DNA of 62,365 nucleotides, the filler included, from Globobulimina sp. (lineage: Eukaryota), in NCBI GenBank assembly GCA_003354225.1. It is 25 parts of 25 records of this genome, joined end to end, with 100 filler letters (N's around TTAATTAATTAA, not from the genome) between each part and the next. Parts side by side here need not be neighbours in the genome. Positions count along the whole stretch, not along the records: positions 12,501 to 14,900 come from PIVH01006901.1; positions 15,001 to 17,400 come from PIVH01006902.1; positions 17,501 to 19,899 come from PIVH01006903.1; positions 20,000 to 22,398 come from PIVH01006904.1; positions 22,499 to 24,897 come from PIVH01006905.1; 20 more parts are not named here. The stretch is one strand, 5' to 3'. The notes beneath the pieces are model-generated. The model saw only the letters and a list, made by a program, of their open reading frames with translations. It made no database searches and had not been told where the DNA came from. Of the stretch, positions 12,502 to 24,997 are shown piece after piece. A program made the translations under genes and the position numbers. Each line of letters opens with the position of its first letter. The first letter of the stretch is position 1.

Positions 12502-12960
12502 TTAAATCGTTTGTCAAAAAGAGCGAAATCCTATATTCAATTTCAAAAATGTGTGCAAGAAAAAAAGGATCGCAAACTATCGTTTCTTACGGAACATGTT
12601 GTTATAAACGCAAACAAAATGTTACATACAATGGATATCACAAATAAAGCACTCAATGAACAGCAACAAAACAATCAGCAATTCGATGTTAATAGGAATG
12701 ATAAGCGATACTCGCAGAATCATCAACATTTTGATGAAGAGACTCAGGAATTGAATGCCGAATTTCTTGGGGAAACAAGAAAAATGAGTGGTATTTATAA
12801 TAATACTGGGAATTCAGCAGAAAGGAAATGTACATTTTGTGGTAAATTAGGATTAAATATGAAAATATGCTCAAGATGTAAGCAAACGCATTATTGCGGT
12901 GTTCAATGTCAAAAACCTGATTGGAAATAAAAAAACTTATAAAAAATATTGTAACAAATA
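12502..12960 (+). pseudogene. MYND zinc-finger protein fragment with premature stop
   Basis: CTFC..CSRCK..YCG..CQK.DWK, then TAA (12928-12930); the frame continues KTYKKYC where H.K.C is expected. Confidence 0.6.
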
Positions 12961-13248
12961 AAAAAACTTATCATAATGATCAGCGTTACTGCAACACATA
13001 AAAAACGAGATAATTCAGAATTGTTTATTTATGAAGATGCGCAATAGGCATTTTTGCTTTATGTTTGAAAAATAATCTTTAATTCGAATACTAGGTCAAC
13101 TTCGAATACTAACCCAAAAACCTTGCCAATCACAAAAGAAGTGTTTAGAAGGGTGAACCTAAAAAGTCAAATATATTACTAAAAGAATGGTATGTTTAAG
13201 ACATTTAATAACGAAAAAACTACAACAATGCAATGCAAGCCAAGCCTA

Positions 13249-14392
13249 TCACAGTCTATTTCCAATGGGTTGATCATCTTCATCATCATCGTCAGATTCA
13301 GACTCACCATCATCGTAATTGGAATCTTCATCGTCATCATCAGTCTGCTCAGAAGACGACGACGAATCAGATGTTTTCTGTCTTTTTCTTCTCTCAAAAT
13401 CATGATCATCCGCATCCGAACTATTGCCAAGCGCACCTTGTTCCAAATACGATTCTTTCAAACTCCTTTTCTTATTTATTTTTTTCCTTTTCCCTTTGTG
13501 CATTTTTGACTGCTGCTTCGATGTCCGGTTATTTCTCCGTTGCGCTGCAGTTAATTGCTTCGATCCTTTGGTGCGTTCATGCTTTTTGGCTAAATTTTTT
13601 TGCAATGTCTTATACGACTTTTGCAAAGACTGTGCCTTCACATTCAATCGCTTTATAAATTGTCCATGACATTGTTTGTACGACGTATTATTCGTTCCAT
13701 TCTCCAATTTGGCATAAATAAAATCGCGATTTCCACTCAATATTTGCTCATCGATATCATAACAATCCTTGCCAATAAATAAGGATTTTGTGCCATCCTT
13801 CCAATATACCAATTTTGTATTGGATTCCTTGAAAGTTTCCGCCATCGCTGCATCAAAATGCGTCCTCCATCGAATATAATTATCAATGGATGAGGCGGAG
13901 GAAGTGGACGATGGCTCGACGTACGATTTCTTGTCAAATTCTTCCGTTTCACAGCCAATCACATTCGGTAAGCGCAGTATACAAAATTCAAAATCTGTCG
14001 ATTGCGGCAAGGATGCTAATGATAAATTGGTTGATATTGAGATTTTTTTACCTTCGGGAACACTGCGCGTATATTCTTTGCTTAATATCCTGTTTGTTTT
14101 GTTTGTGATGGTATGTATGATGGCATCCTTGCGCTATGGGTATTTGTTGTTATTTTAACTTATTATCAGTGTTGTCATCGATATCATCATCTGATCCAAA
14201 TAAATCATCAAGTAATTCTTTATTGTCCTCTTCTTCCTCTTCCTCTTCTTCTTCTTCTTCTTCCTGTTCCTCTTTGTCATTGTCATTGTCGATTGGGTCG
14301 ATGTCTTGTTCTTCTTTAATGTTTGTTGACTCATAGTATGTGTCTTGGTTTTGTGGGGTTGGATCGTCTAAATGGGAGCCGTAATCTGTCAT
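13249..14392 (-). CDS. LEO1: RNA polymerase-associated protein Leo1 (Paf1 complex); 2 exons
   Basis: Acidic N-terminus with DDLFGSD; LPN.IG.E...FD, NYIRWR, ESNTKLV.W.DGT.SL.IG; intron near 14159-14090 in frame; acidic tail. Confidence 0.85.
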
Positions 14393-15000
14393 GGTTTGCT
14401 TTTTGAAAATAACAAAAACCTCAACACTTGATTGATTGATTGTGTTTTGGTAAATGGCTTCTTACAAAATAACAAACAAAGCAATTGCAAACGCAGAGAT
14501 AAAAATTGGCTGTGATTCGAGAACACCAAAAAAAGATGGACATCATGCCAGCAGTCCTAATGTTGAAGCAGTTGATTCAGGTTATATGACATTACTTCAT
14601 TCTACAATGTATCTCGCGGTCTATGTCAGATACAAATGAAATTGGCATGGACCGATGTGAAACATTTGGAATATATATTAAACACAATTTTTATGAATAG
14701 ATACCAAACAAATTCCAGTCAAACAAAAATGGTATAGTTATTTCAAATCGTTTGTAAATGTATCAGAAAATCCCACAAATGATAACATTTATTATGTTAA
14801 AGATAAAGACCAATAAAGAATGTCAATGTGATTTATCCTCACAAAATGTTTATTGTTTCTATTATTTTGTTCTGTTCGTTTGATTTATTCATTATGTCTC
14901 NNNNNNNNNNNNNNNNNNNNNNNNNNNNNNNNNNNNNNNNNNNNTTAATTAATTAANNNNNNNNNNNNNNNNNNNNNNNNNNNNNNNNNNNNNNNNNNNN

Positions 15001-16506
15001 AAAACTGACCAACTTGACGAGAAAGAAGCAACTGTAAAAGTCAGATTTACAAATCACACCAATGATATCATATTTAAAAAATCAGAATTAATACTTGTTG
15101 AATTTTGTAAAGCGAAATTAGACCGATGGTCTTCAAACCCTTCAAACCAAGATCCTCTTCAACCTGAATATTATATCGATCTTTCTGTATTTCCATGCAT
15201 ATCACCAACAATATTCACTGCCATTCTTCAGTTACAACACGTTTTTGTGTTAAATAATGCGCATAATAACCAATCAAATCAAGCAGCAGCAATATTATTA
15301 AGAGGTCAAATTAGAATTAGCCATTTACCACAACTCTTTGAAGCATGCAAAATCTTATTAGTTACACAGATATTCGATGTTGAGATATTTAAGCATTATT
15401 TCTATCAACATCCACCAATTCCCGTTGATATGTTCATGCATATACAGCATTTGCATAAAAATGATACCTTCCTCAGTTCGATTATAACCGCGCAAATTCC
15501 GTCGTATAATGTGATGAATAATTATGCTCCGCATGTTCCGTTATATGATGAATTTAATAAAAAAAAGAGCCACAGTATTCTTTCCGGCGTAGTACCAAAT
15601 GGCAAACATGTGATGGCCTACGCAATCAAACAAATACAATATGAGCAAAAAAGAGAGTTGTATCGAAAAGAGGTACATGAAGAGTTTGAACCGGACTATG
15701 ACTGTGATTTGATATATAATGATGAAATCGGTGATGAATGGACCGATAAACACGAAGAGGATCCATATTTTGTAATTATTGATGAGCAAAAAGGTTATGT
15801 TATTCCTCATTCGTTCATTCAAAAAGAAAGGAAAATGTCCAATGCATTGTGCAAAGATATTGACTTTGGTTTATGCGCTGCCTTCGAAGATATGATTGGA
15901 ATATGTCAATGTCTGGATATTAGTCCATTTTTGCAGGTATTCTTTAAATTTATTGATGCAGTGTTTGGCGATGATGCTGTGTTTACCCATCGGGACTCTC
16001 ATGCAAATGTTTTGGATCGATCTTGCTTTTGTTTCTATGCATTGTTGTACATTTTACATCGAATATGGATCTTATCGTTGCAGCAACATATTACTGTTCT
16101 GAGTGCCAACGCCAACAGCGCCTATATTTCAGCAAAAATACAGAAGGTTTGCGGTTTATATGACAGGGTATTATTTGATGCATTGACAAAGAAATATTTG
16201 TCATCGGAAAAAGCCAAAATATTGACCAGACGGAGAATAAATGATGGTTTAATGTACAAAGCAGAATGGAACAGAGTGTGTACAGAGAGATCTATGCATT
16301 TTCCGCAAAGAGTGGCGGTCCAATCGTGTATAATATGTGATCCAAAATGGTTGGTTGATAATCTCGCATTGAAATGTAACAATGGCGATTGCATTGTGGT
16401 ATTACATCGAATATTTGAGTATTGTGCTGAAAGAAGGGGCAAAATAAATATTTCTCAAACATTAAAGTGTATATTTCAATCGTATTTAGGAGCTACAATT
16501 TTATAA
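15001..16506 (+). CDS. Hypothetical protein, 5' truncated
   Basis: Open frame of about 500 codons from the contig start; no recognised motif. Confidence 0.6.
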   Translation, partial: KTDQLDEKEATVKVRFTNHTNDIIFKKSELILVEFCKAKLDRWSSNPSNQDPLQPEYYIDLSVFPCISPTIFTAILQLQHVFVLNNAHNNQSNQAAAILLRGQIRISHLPQLFEACKILLVTQIFDVEIFKHYFYQHPPIPVDMFMHIQHLHKNDTFLSSIITAQIPSYNVMNNYAPHVPLYDEFNKKKSHSILSGVVPNGKHVMAYAIKQIQYEQKRELYRKEVHEEFEPDYDCDLIYNDEIGDEWTDKHEEDPYFVIIDEQKGYVIPHSFIQKERKMSNALCKDIDFGLCAAFEDMIGICQCLDISPFLQVFFKFIDAVFGDDAVFTHRDSHANVLDRSCFCFYALLYILHRIWILSLQQHITVLSANANSAYISAKIQKVCGLYDRVLFDALTKKYLSSEKAKILTRRRINDGLMYKAEWNRVCTERSMHFPQRVAVQSCIICDPKWLVDNLALKCNNGDCIVVLHRIFEYCAERRGKINISQTLKCIFQSYLGATIL

Positions 16507-16714
16507 CAAATTCAAGTCTTGTTTTTTAACACACAAAAAAATAAAAAGACACAAATTTAAGGCATAAAAAGTAACACTACGAATCATATAAACGCATCAC
16601 ATTCTTGTTCAGTGCCACTAGTTCTTGACATTACAATATATTCCTTCCTCTATACTCTTATCTCCCTGCTTAAGTTTGAAAGGCCAGTAAGATTTTTCCC
16701 ATCTTTAAGGAAAA

Positions 16715-17400
16715 ATGAACCATGCTGTCAGGAAAAGACGATCACAATTATTAGTGAGTGGATACGTTAGAAACTGTAGCACTCCATACATCCATACAGA
16801 TATTATTAGTATCATTCATGCGTTCCATTATTATATTTTATTGATATTATATTCTATTGGTAGCAACCAATATGGACAACAAGGAAACGGAGGCCTACGA
16901 TATGAAAATATTGAAAAAATAACAAAAATAAAAACATTTAAAAAAAAAATACAAAATATTGTTACTTGTCGTGGAGCAGCATATATTATATTTGATGATG
17001 AAACATATGAATGTTGTGGTGATAATAGAAAGGGTGTATTAGGTGTCGGGCATTATAATAATATTAATCTATGGCATCAAATAAAAGATATGAAGATAAA
17101 AAATATATTTGCAGCACCAAACGGATCACAACATTCATTTTGTATTTCAAATGAGAATAAATTATATGCTGTCGGACGGAATGATTGTAATCAATTTGGT
17201 ATACAAACAAATGCTGAAAATAATAACCAATGGACAACAATTAATACATCATTATCGATTCAAAAAGTAGCTACTTCAAGAAATTCAAATAAAAATAAAA
17301 TGTAAGGACATATATAGTGGATGTTATCATAACTTAACAATTGATGATAATTACTGTGTTTAGTCATGGGGAGGCGTTAGCGAGGGCAGTTGAGGCTATG
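16715..17400 (+). CDS. RCC1-repeat protein with short N-terminal helical motif; 3' end appears degenerate
   Basis: G.NQYGQ.G.G, GDN..G.LG.G, HSF..S...LYAVG.N...QFG; downstream V*SWG remnant contains a stop. Confidence 0.7.
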
Positions 17401-17500
17401 NNNNNNNNNNNNNNNNNNNNNNNNNNNNNNNNNNNNNNNNNNNNTTAATTAATTAANNNNNNNNNNNNNNNNNNNNNNNNNNNNNNNNNNNNNNNNNNNN

Positions 17501-18246
17501 AAAACCAAAACCAAAATAAAATTAAAACTAAAAATAAAAGCAAAAGCAAAAAAAAGAAGAAAAACAAACGAGAAAAAGACAGGAAAAAAAAGAAAAGCAG
17601 AAGTTGTATAACTGTCCCTTCCCAATCCCGATCCCGTTCGCGTTCTCGTTCTCGAGAGAGACATTCAAACAGTAATTTTGATGGAAATTTGGAAGAAATG
17701 GATGGAAAACAAGACGATGATGCATATGATAGTGATTGTAATCTGATATTATGTGATTGGAATGGCACAGTCGGCGATTTGCCAAATCATTTATTAATAT
17801 GCAAATATGAGATAATATTATGTGAGCATTGCAGAGAAGCGTGCATTCGAAAAGAATTAGAATGCCATTATTTGAAATGTTCATCGTATCCCATTCCATG
17901 CGGATTGTGCAATGAATTGGTTCGTCGATCACATTTGACATTGCATTTAGAATTTAATTGTCCAAAAGCAGAAACAAAGTGTATTTGCGGGGAGAAATTG
18001 TTGCGTGAGGCACAACCAATGCATTCAGAACGTGTATGTCCAGAACATTTGATGCGTTGTGATTATCACGTTTATGGATGTTTGTGTATGATAAAAAGAA
18101 AGGACATCGAGAATCATATGAATGGGAACATGCAAATGCATTTGGCTTTGGTTACGCGACAATGCGGACATCTTACAAATTATGTGAATAATCTGAATTC
18201 ACGCATTCAACAAATTGAACAACATTTTAATTTAAGTCGGCATTAA
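17501..18246 (+). CDS. TRAF-type zinc-finger protein, 5' truncated
   Basis: CDW.G....L..H...C followed by repeated C..C.....R..L..H...C units, C.Y..YGC and a short coiled coil. Confidence 0.85.
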
Positions 18247-18488
18247 ATTGTTATTCAGTTTTTGATTTTTTTTTACGACATGATCTTGGAATAAAATCAA
18301 TGTAAATATTGTTTTCATTGTTTTGTGACTTTTTTACTGGATTTTCAGAAATTGGCTAGTCACTAAAAGTACTTTTCGTGAAATTTGCATACAACTTGTA
18401 TAGCAGATATACTTTTCGTGATTTTGTCGTGAATATCGCATTTCTGAAAATCCAGCTTTTTTACTTCGCTCAATATATCAAAACTTTC

Positions 18489-19856
18489 ATGAAATATGTC
18501 ACTGAAAATGCGGTACCATTGGTTTCCATTCCCATTCTATTTCTAATCGGTTTCTCATGCGGTGCTATTCCAATTTTATTCAAGTTGACCAAATCAAACA
18601 AACAAATTTTTGCCATAGCAAATGCTTTTTCTGGTGGTATTTTTCTTGGCGCTGCTTTGCTCCATATGTTGCCAGATGCAAATCACATTTTTGCTGACAT
18701 TGGCAAGCTGCCACATTATCCATTCGCAAACTTAATTACTGCATTAGGATTTTGTGCGACGTTGTTTTTGGAATTGGTTTTGTCTCCAGGCCATGAAGCA
18801 GACATTTTATTCAATACAGACACAAACAACAACGATAATAAAGAAAGCGACAAAATTAAAAAGGTATTTATTCCGAGAGTCTCATCACCAATGATTTTCC
18901 CAATCGCATGCGGTGATACTCAACAAAAAGAGAATGTAAATACATGTTTATTTGCACCAACTGGCATTGACAAAGCATATTCAATTAACAATTCCCCATC
19001 GTTGTTATGTATGGATTTGAACGCAGCAAAAATTAACAGCAATGCTATGGACAACGCGTTGTTCAATGACTTTATAACTGCAGTTTGGTTGCTTTTGAGT
19101 TATTTTTTATAAATTTTTACATTTTTCAAAAAGGAAAGAACGAAGACGAAGCGTCGAAAATCATTTGATTCGAGTCATACAACACCAATTAAAAAATGTA
19201 ATAATGCACTGCGAAGGAGATCTTTTAATGAACCAATCAAAACATTTCGGGTCAGATATTATTCCCGTTTATTTGAGTCTGGATTTAACACAGCAATCGC
19301 ATTAATTACGCAAATTAATTCCGATGCAACAAATGTACCACAATTAATACATAATAATACTACTGCAGATAGTGAAAAACCTGCAGTGAACCCACCAACA
19401 ATGGCAGCATTTATATTTCTTGTTGTTTTATCCATTCATTCTGTAATTACTGGCATGGCTGTTGGTGGTAACGACGATGATACAGATAGATTGGAACAAT
19501 GGTATTTATTGCTTGCATTGGGCATTCATAAAGCAATGGCCGCAATGGCTCTGGGTATATCAATTAAGAAGGCACCGTTTACTATGAAATTTAGTTTATA
19601 TTTAATGGCTGGATTTGCTTGTTCTACACCAATCGGTGTTGGATTAGGACTGTGTTTAGCACAATCAGTGCATGGTGAAGCGCATCATATTATCATTGCT
19701 ACTCTGACTGCATTTGGTTGTGGCACATTTTTATATTTGGCTATGTTTGAAAACCTTACGCAAGAATTTATAGAATCAAAAAGGAACTTAATCCCCAAAT
19801 GGATTGCTGTAATCTGTGGTATTGCCATTATGGCAGTGCTAGCCATATTTTCGTAA
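18489..19856 (+). CDS. ZIP-family (SLC39) zinc/iron transporter; 2 exons
   Basis: NAFSGGIFLGAALLHMLPDA, LSIHSVITGMAVG, HKAMAAMALG, STPIG, GTFLY; intron near 19083-19133. Confidence 0.92.
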
Positions 19857-20118
19857 CATTTCGGAATGTGAATGTAGAATGTTTATATTTATTTATTTAN
19901 NNNNNNNNNNNNNNNNNNNNNNNNNNNNNNNNNNNNNNNNNNNTTAATTAATTAANNNNNNNNNNNNNNNNNNNNNNNNNNNNNNNNNNNNNNNNNNNNT
20001 AATATTTTATATATTAAATGTGTATTATACATTATTAAATACAATAAATAATAATAATAATAACGAATTGAATAAATAGATACTTATTATTTAGATTGCG
20101 TCGCGATCGGATCGCATC

Positions 20119-21060
20119 ATGCCAACAATAACAAAACATTCACGAATTTCCTTATTAAATCATATTTATTATTTGCTCTGTTTGTGTTTCATCACAGAAA
20201 TGTTGAGTTCAATCATTGCAATAAATACATTCTATTCCAATAACAGCAAAGATTTTCTTTTTGGATTTATGCACTTATTTTCATTATCATCGTTATTTTG
20301 CATCTTCATTTTGCATATACGTGATTGGCCAATGCAGCTGCAGCCATTTACTAATTTATTATGGGCATTGTATTGCGTTTTATTTCCACAAACACTTTTA
20401 TTATATTCAACAATTAAATTCCTCGAATCAGATGAACAAATATCAATAATTTATCATGCATTATCCGCCGGAACAAATACAAAAGAGTTTATTGTCTCTG
20501 CCAATTATTACCTTTTATTAACAAACCCAAATTGTATAATCTTCCCGGCGTATAAAGGATTATTGGCGAATATCGAAGATAATATCAGCAAACAAGGAGT
20601 CGATATGGAAAACATTGATCTTAGCATATGTGCAAAATCACCAATGTCAAACAAAATAATGCACCAAACAACGCGATTCCTATCGGGGCTCGGTTCCTTC
20701 GCCTATCTTTTCTACGCAACCAACGATTATTGGCTGTTGCTTATAATTTGTGAGTGCATCATTGGCTTATCCCATTATTGCATGTACAGCAAATTATTTT
20801 ATTGGATGGACTGTACTGTAGAAAATCCGATGGATTTGGATGCAATGCAGCATGAAAATGTTGATTGTATGTTGGATAATATTAAACAAATACAACAAAC
20901 GATGTTTCAGAGTGATAATTATGTTCAAATTATTCAACAGTTTGTTCCTAAGGACATTGCCTATGTTATACATGATCATTTATTTGGCGACAGATTAAAA
21001 GCAAGCCAATATGTTGAATATTGGTTACGCCAATACGAATTAATCAAATATTACAAATGA
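20119..21060 (+). CDS. Hypothetical multi-pass membrane protein
   Basis: 313-aa ORF with several hydrophobic helices. Confidence 0.55.
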   Translation: MPTITKHSRISLLNHIYYLLCLCFITEMLSSIIAINTFYSNNSKDFLFGFMHLFSLSSLFCIFILHIRDWPMQLQPFTNLLWALYCVLFPQTLLLYSTIKFLESDEQISIIYHALSAGTNTKEFIVSANYYLLLTNPNCIIFPAYKGLLANIEDNISKQGVDMENIDLSICAKSPMSNKIMHQTTRFLSGLGSFAYLFYATNDYWLLLIICECIIGLSHYCMYSKLFYWMDCTVENPMDLDAMQHENVDCMLDNIKQIQQTMFQSDNYVQIIQQFVPKDIAYVIHDHLFGDRLKASQYVEYWLRQYELIKYYK

Positions 21061-21153
21061 AATGACAGAGACTCGACCTATTTCATTGCACATTTTTCAT
21101 TGTGAGTTAAGGTAATTATTAAAAAAAAAAACGCCTTACTTAACGGCACTAAG

Positions 21154-22398
21154 ATGAGTATAATGTCTCCCAAACATTTGCTACAGTTGATATTTTGCAC
21201 CACACTCATCAACATAATCAAGTCTCAGTCACCATACCCCTTTCAAACATGGATGGAGGACTGGTCCACCGCAGACGCAGCCACCTATGGTGTTTCAATT
21301 GAGAGCAGCACCATATTTGATATTACATTGCCGGGTGCAAATCGCGCTGGAATGAGTTTCACATCATCCGATACCAACTCATTGTCAGCAAATCCAATTC
21401 TTGACCAATATGTTAGCACATTAAATTTTTTTGAGACAATGCAAGAGAAACAATCATGGGCAGCAAGGCAAAAAGGATCCGTTTATCAATTATTAATGAG
21501 TGGTGTTCGATTTCTTGATCTAAGATTGCAACACGATATAGACACCGATGAATATTATTCATACAATGGTTTACTCGGCAACACTGTCACAGAGGTACAT
21601 ATATATAATATCCTGGAACATCAAGTACAATGTCAATGTACGTAGTGAGTATAATTAATTTCTGGCAACACATACAAACCGTACATTGTTTTAGTTTTGC
21701 CATATTTTTATTTGTTATTAATTACACAAACAAACACATTTCAGATAATTTTGGACATTAATAATTTTTTAACCGATGTAGGAACCAAAGAAATAGTGTT
21801 AATTTACTTACATGATTTCATGTACTCTCAATTTGATAGTATTTCCTCTGCAGACTCTCTTAAAATGACATTAATGGATAAATTCGTAACAACTCTCTCC
21901 AGCAAACTGGCAAACTCTGCCGCCGATAACATAAACCAACGAACAATTAAACAATTGATTGACAGCAATGTTCAAATAATAATGTTTAGCGACGATGCGA
22001 ATCCTGGAGGCTCTTATACGAACAGCGATTATTTTTACGATGCGAGCACATATTTGTTTATACCCACTGGAAACACCAATATTAATTCAAACGTAACCTA
22101 TGGCCCCTTGGACGAGACCAAGGAGTTACGCTCCTACATCATCAACAATATACGGTATGGTTGGCCCGACCATCGCTTGAATTTAATTTATTGGACATTA
22201 GAGATCGGCTCTTCGTTCACGGAACGCTTTGTCTACGACAGCATGCAGCAATTATCAGCTCCGGCCAACACAGAGCTAAATTCGGTGCTGTCTCTGTATA
22301 ATAAGTTGTGGTTTGCCAATATAATCATTATTGACTTTATGGAAACCACTGACATCATGCAGCGGATAATAACCCTCAACTATCAGTACAGCATTTGC
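21154..22398 (+). CDS. Secreted PI-PLC X-domain-like protein, probably non-catalytic; 2 exons, 3' truncated
   Basis: Signal peptide; I.LPG, WA..Q...V.Q.L..GVRFLDLR, EIVLI, NIIIIDF; intron 21595-21744 in frame. Confidence 0.8.
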
Positions 22399-22498
22399 NN
22401 NNNNNNNNNNNNNNNNNNNNNNNNNNNNNNNNNNNNNNNNNNTTAATTAATTAANNNNNNNNNNNNNNNNNNNNNNNNNNNNNNNNNNNNNNNNNNNN

Positions 22499-24754
22499 TT
22501 TGATAAGAAGGAAATAACCAACGGCCATTTTTGTACAGTATTTGTTCAAAATGAACAAGTGTTTGGCAGCGCGGAATATATGCAATTACAACAAATTGCA
22601 ATTGAGCCAGATATCGCAATGATGCCTGACAATGCACCCAATGTCGTAGCAAATAGTTTGGAGTTGAATGCCGATTCAATGATTGTATTAAACACTGCCA
22701 TGGACCCAACGTATTTTGATGAATTTTTAAATTGCAAATATCGAATAACTGACAATTATATTTATCAGTTTCATAGCATCAATGACGTTTGTTTTATTTT
22801 ACCATTTACATTTTTATGCGGTTCGACGCAAACAAATGACATATCCATTAATGTGCAATTGGAGCAACGTTCGGAATTTGTGTTGCTGAAAACGTTTGAA
22901 ATGAAAGAATATAATTATAATACAGACAGAATTGATTTTGTATTGCAAATATTACAAAAACTAAAGCATCCTATTCTAGATATTGCTGATTTTTGCAGCA
23001 AAATTGGTTGTAATATCAGCAATGAAGACATCTGTCGAATTACAGCAAATGACACATTGTATAAACGAACAGAATATGATCCACAACAAACTGTGTTGGA
23101 GAGATTGTATCGAGAATTGAATATTACGCAATTATTTGAACAATACAGAATATTGTCGCACAAGTTTCATATTGAAGTGTATCCCGCATTTAATTGTTTT
23201 TGCATCGCAGTGGCTGAAAATATGTATACCTCCAAAGAGCAAAAAATGGATTTAAACGTTAACACAGAATATCAAATAACAGACAACAGCTCGCAACGAC
23301 ACATTTTATTCACCAGAAACGAAGCAATTCTCATCAATGATACTTTAAAACAGAAATCTTACACAATTCGAGTGAGAAATAAGTCGTTGTTTGCACAAAA
23401 TAAATATGTATTTTTACAGTCCATTGATAAGGACACATTTAAACAGTGTCAAGACTATGATGTTTTTGCTGCAGCGCTGACAAACTATGATGATATTTTT
23501 TTTCGAGTGGATAAAACAAAGATAGATCGGCGATATGATGGAGAAATATTGCCCTCCGCCTTTGTGTTACTCTGCAATGGAACAAATGGCCCGAAACAAA
23601 TCTGTCCCGATAACATTTACGGCCGTCATTATGTTTATGATTATGAATTTACTCAAATTGGCGACATTTGCTTTATTGTTCCATTCAGAAAGAAACTGGA
23701 TTGTGTTAATATTTATGTGCAAGTACGATCTCGATATAATTTTGTGTTGCTTAAAACCTTTCAGATTTCAACTCAAATCAAAAAAAATAACCGTAAGAAT
23801 CAAATTCATTATTTATTGCGGATTGTGAAAGCCTATAAACTTGAAATAAAATATCCGCAAAACTTTTATACTAAAATTGGTATAGCGCCAATCAGTGACA
23901 CTGAGCTCTCCATCATTAAAAATAATAAAATTGCGTTTAATCAAATTGTGTTACAACATTTAATCAATGAGTTGGGCTTGAAAAAGTTAACAACGGTGTA
24001 TGAAAAAGATGAGAAGAATGCTGCAAAGAATGTGATAAGTTGCGACAAAGAGAATGCTGAGTCTTTGGAAGTGGAACCTAAACCACAACAGTTTGAAAAC
24101 AGGGAGCTAGAATTAGCGTTAATATTATTGCACAAAACTACGTTTGAAGCATTTCGTTTATTCTTAGAAACGATTTTTTCTCGCGAAAATATAGATTTTT
24201 TTGTTGATGTCAATCAATATCGAGACTATGCAAAAAGTAATTATAATGAAGAAAAAACAAATGATTATGATATGATTAAAAATCTAGTAATTAATCGTGA
24301 TGGGAAAAAGATAATTGATCCAAAGAGGTTACAATTTGAATATTTGGAATATAAGAAAGAATTGAAAGTACTGGAGATTGAGCAATGGCAAAAATGGATT
24401 TATGATCAACATATTGATTCGGAATCAGTTTCGTGTGTCAATATTTCGTATGGTGGTCGACTAATTATACAAGAATATTTTGAAGCGATTGCAAATAAAT
24501 ATGGTTCATTCAATTTAGAAATATTTGATGCAGTGCAAAATGAGATTTGGTCATTAATGGCAAATGATTCGTTGACCCATTTTAAGCGAACTCAATCATA
24601 TCGAGAGTTACAACAAATATTAAGCCAAACATATAAAAAATTGCAGCCATTTCTTTTAAAGGATGAAATCTCCACTATAGCGAATAAAGGTGTATTTCCG
24701 TTGCATCATCAGGATCTTCAATTAATTGTAAAATCAATGAATGCAGACATTTGA
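22499..24754 (+). CDS. Large protein with a duplicated N-terminal domain and a C-terminal RGS domain; 5' truncated
   Basis: F..FL...FS.ENI.F, IY...I...S...VNIS, IFD..Q.EI..LM.NDS...F are RGS motifs. Confidence 0.85.
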   Translation, partial: FDKKEITNGHFCTVFVQNEQVFGSAEYMQLQQIAIEPDIAMMPDNAPNVVANSLELNADSMIVLNTAMDPTYFDEFLNCKYRITDNYIYQFHSINDVCFILPFTFLCGSTQTNDISINVQLEQRSEFVLLKTFEMKEYNYNTDRIDFVLQILQKLKHPILDIADFCSKIGCNISNEDICRITANDTLYKRTEYDPQQTVLERLYRELNITQLFEQYRILSHKFHIEVYPAFNCFCIAVAENMYTSKEQKMDLNVNTEYQITDNSSQRHILFTRNEAILINDTLKQKSYTIRVRNKSLFAQNKYVFLQSIDKDTFKQCQDYDVFAAALTNYDDIFFRVDKTKIDRRYDGEILPSAFVLLCNGTNGPKQICPDNIYGRHYVYDYEFTQIGDICFIVPFRKKLDCVNIYVQVRSRYNFVLLKTFQISTQIKKNNRKNQIHYLLRIVKAYKLEIKYPQNFYTKIGIAPISDTELSIIKNNKIAFNQIVLQHLINELGLKKLTTVYEKDEKNAAKNVISCDKENAESLEVEPKPQQFENRELELALILLHKTTFEAFRLFLETIFSRENIDFFVDVNQYRDYAKSNYNEEKTNDYDMIKNLVINRDGKKIIDPKRLQFEYLEYKKELKVLEIEQWQKWIYDQHIDSESVSCVNISYGGRLIIQEYFEAIANKYGSFNLEIFDAVQNEIWSLMANDSLTHFKRTQSYRELQQILSQTYKKLQPFLLKDEISTIANKGVFPLHHQDLQLIVKSMNADI

Positions 24755-24997
24755 AATTTTGTCAATATTATCTGTTTTGTTTTTGTTTTTGTTTATATAT
24801 TTTCAAGCAAACAACTGAAACAAGTCAAAAGTAGAGAAATACTCTGCTTATTATTTATGGCATCCACAATGTTCAATAACATGTTTCTAAATAATCGNNN
24901 NNNNNNNNNNNNNNNNNNNNNNNNNNNNNNNNNNNNNNNNNTTAATTAATTAANNNNNNNNNNNNNNNNNNNNNNNNNNNNNNNNNNNNNNNNNNNN

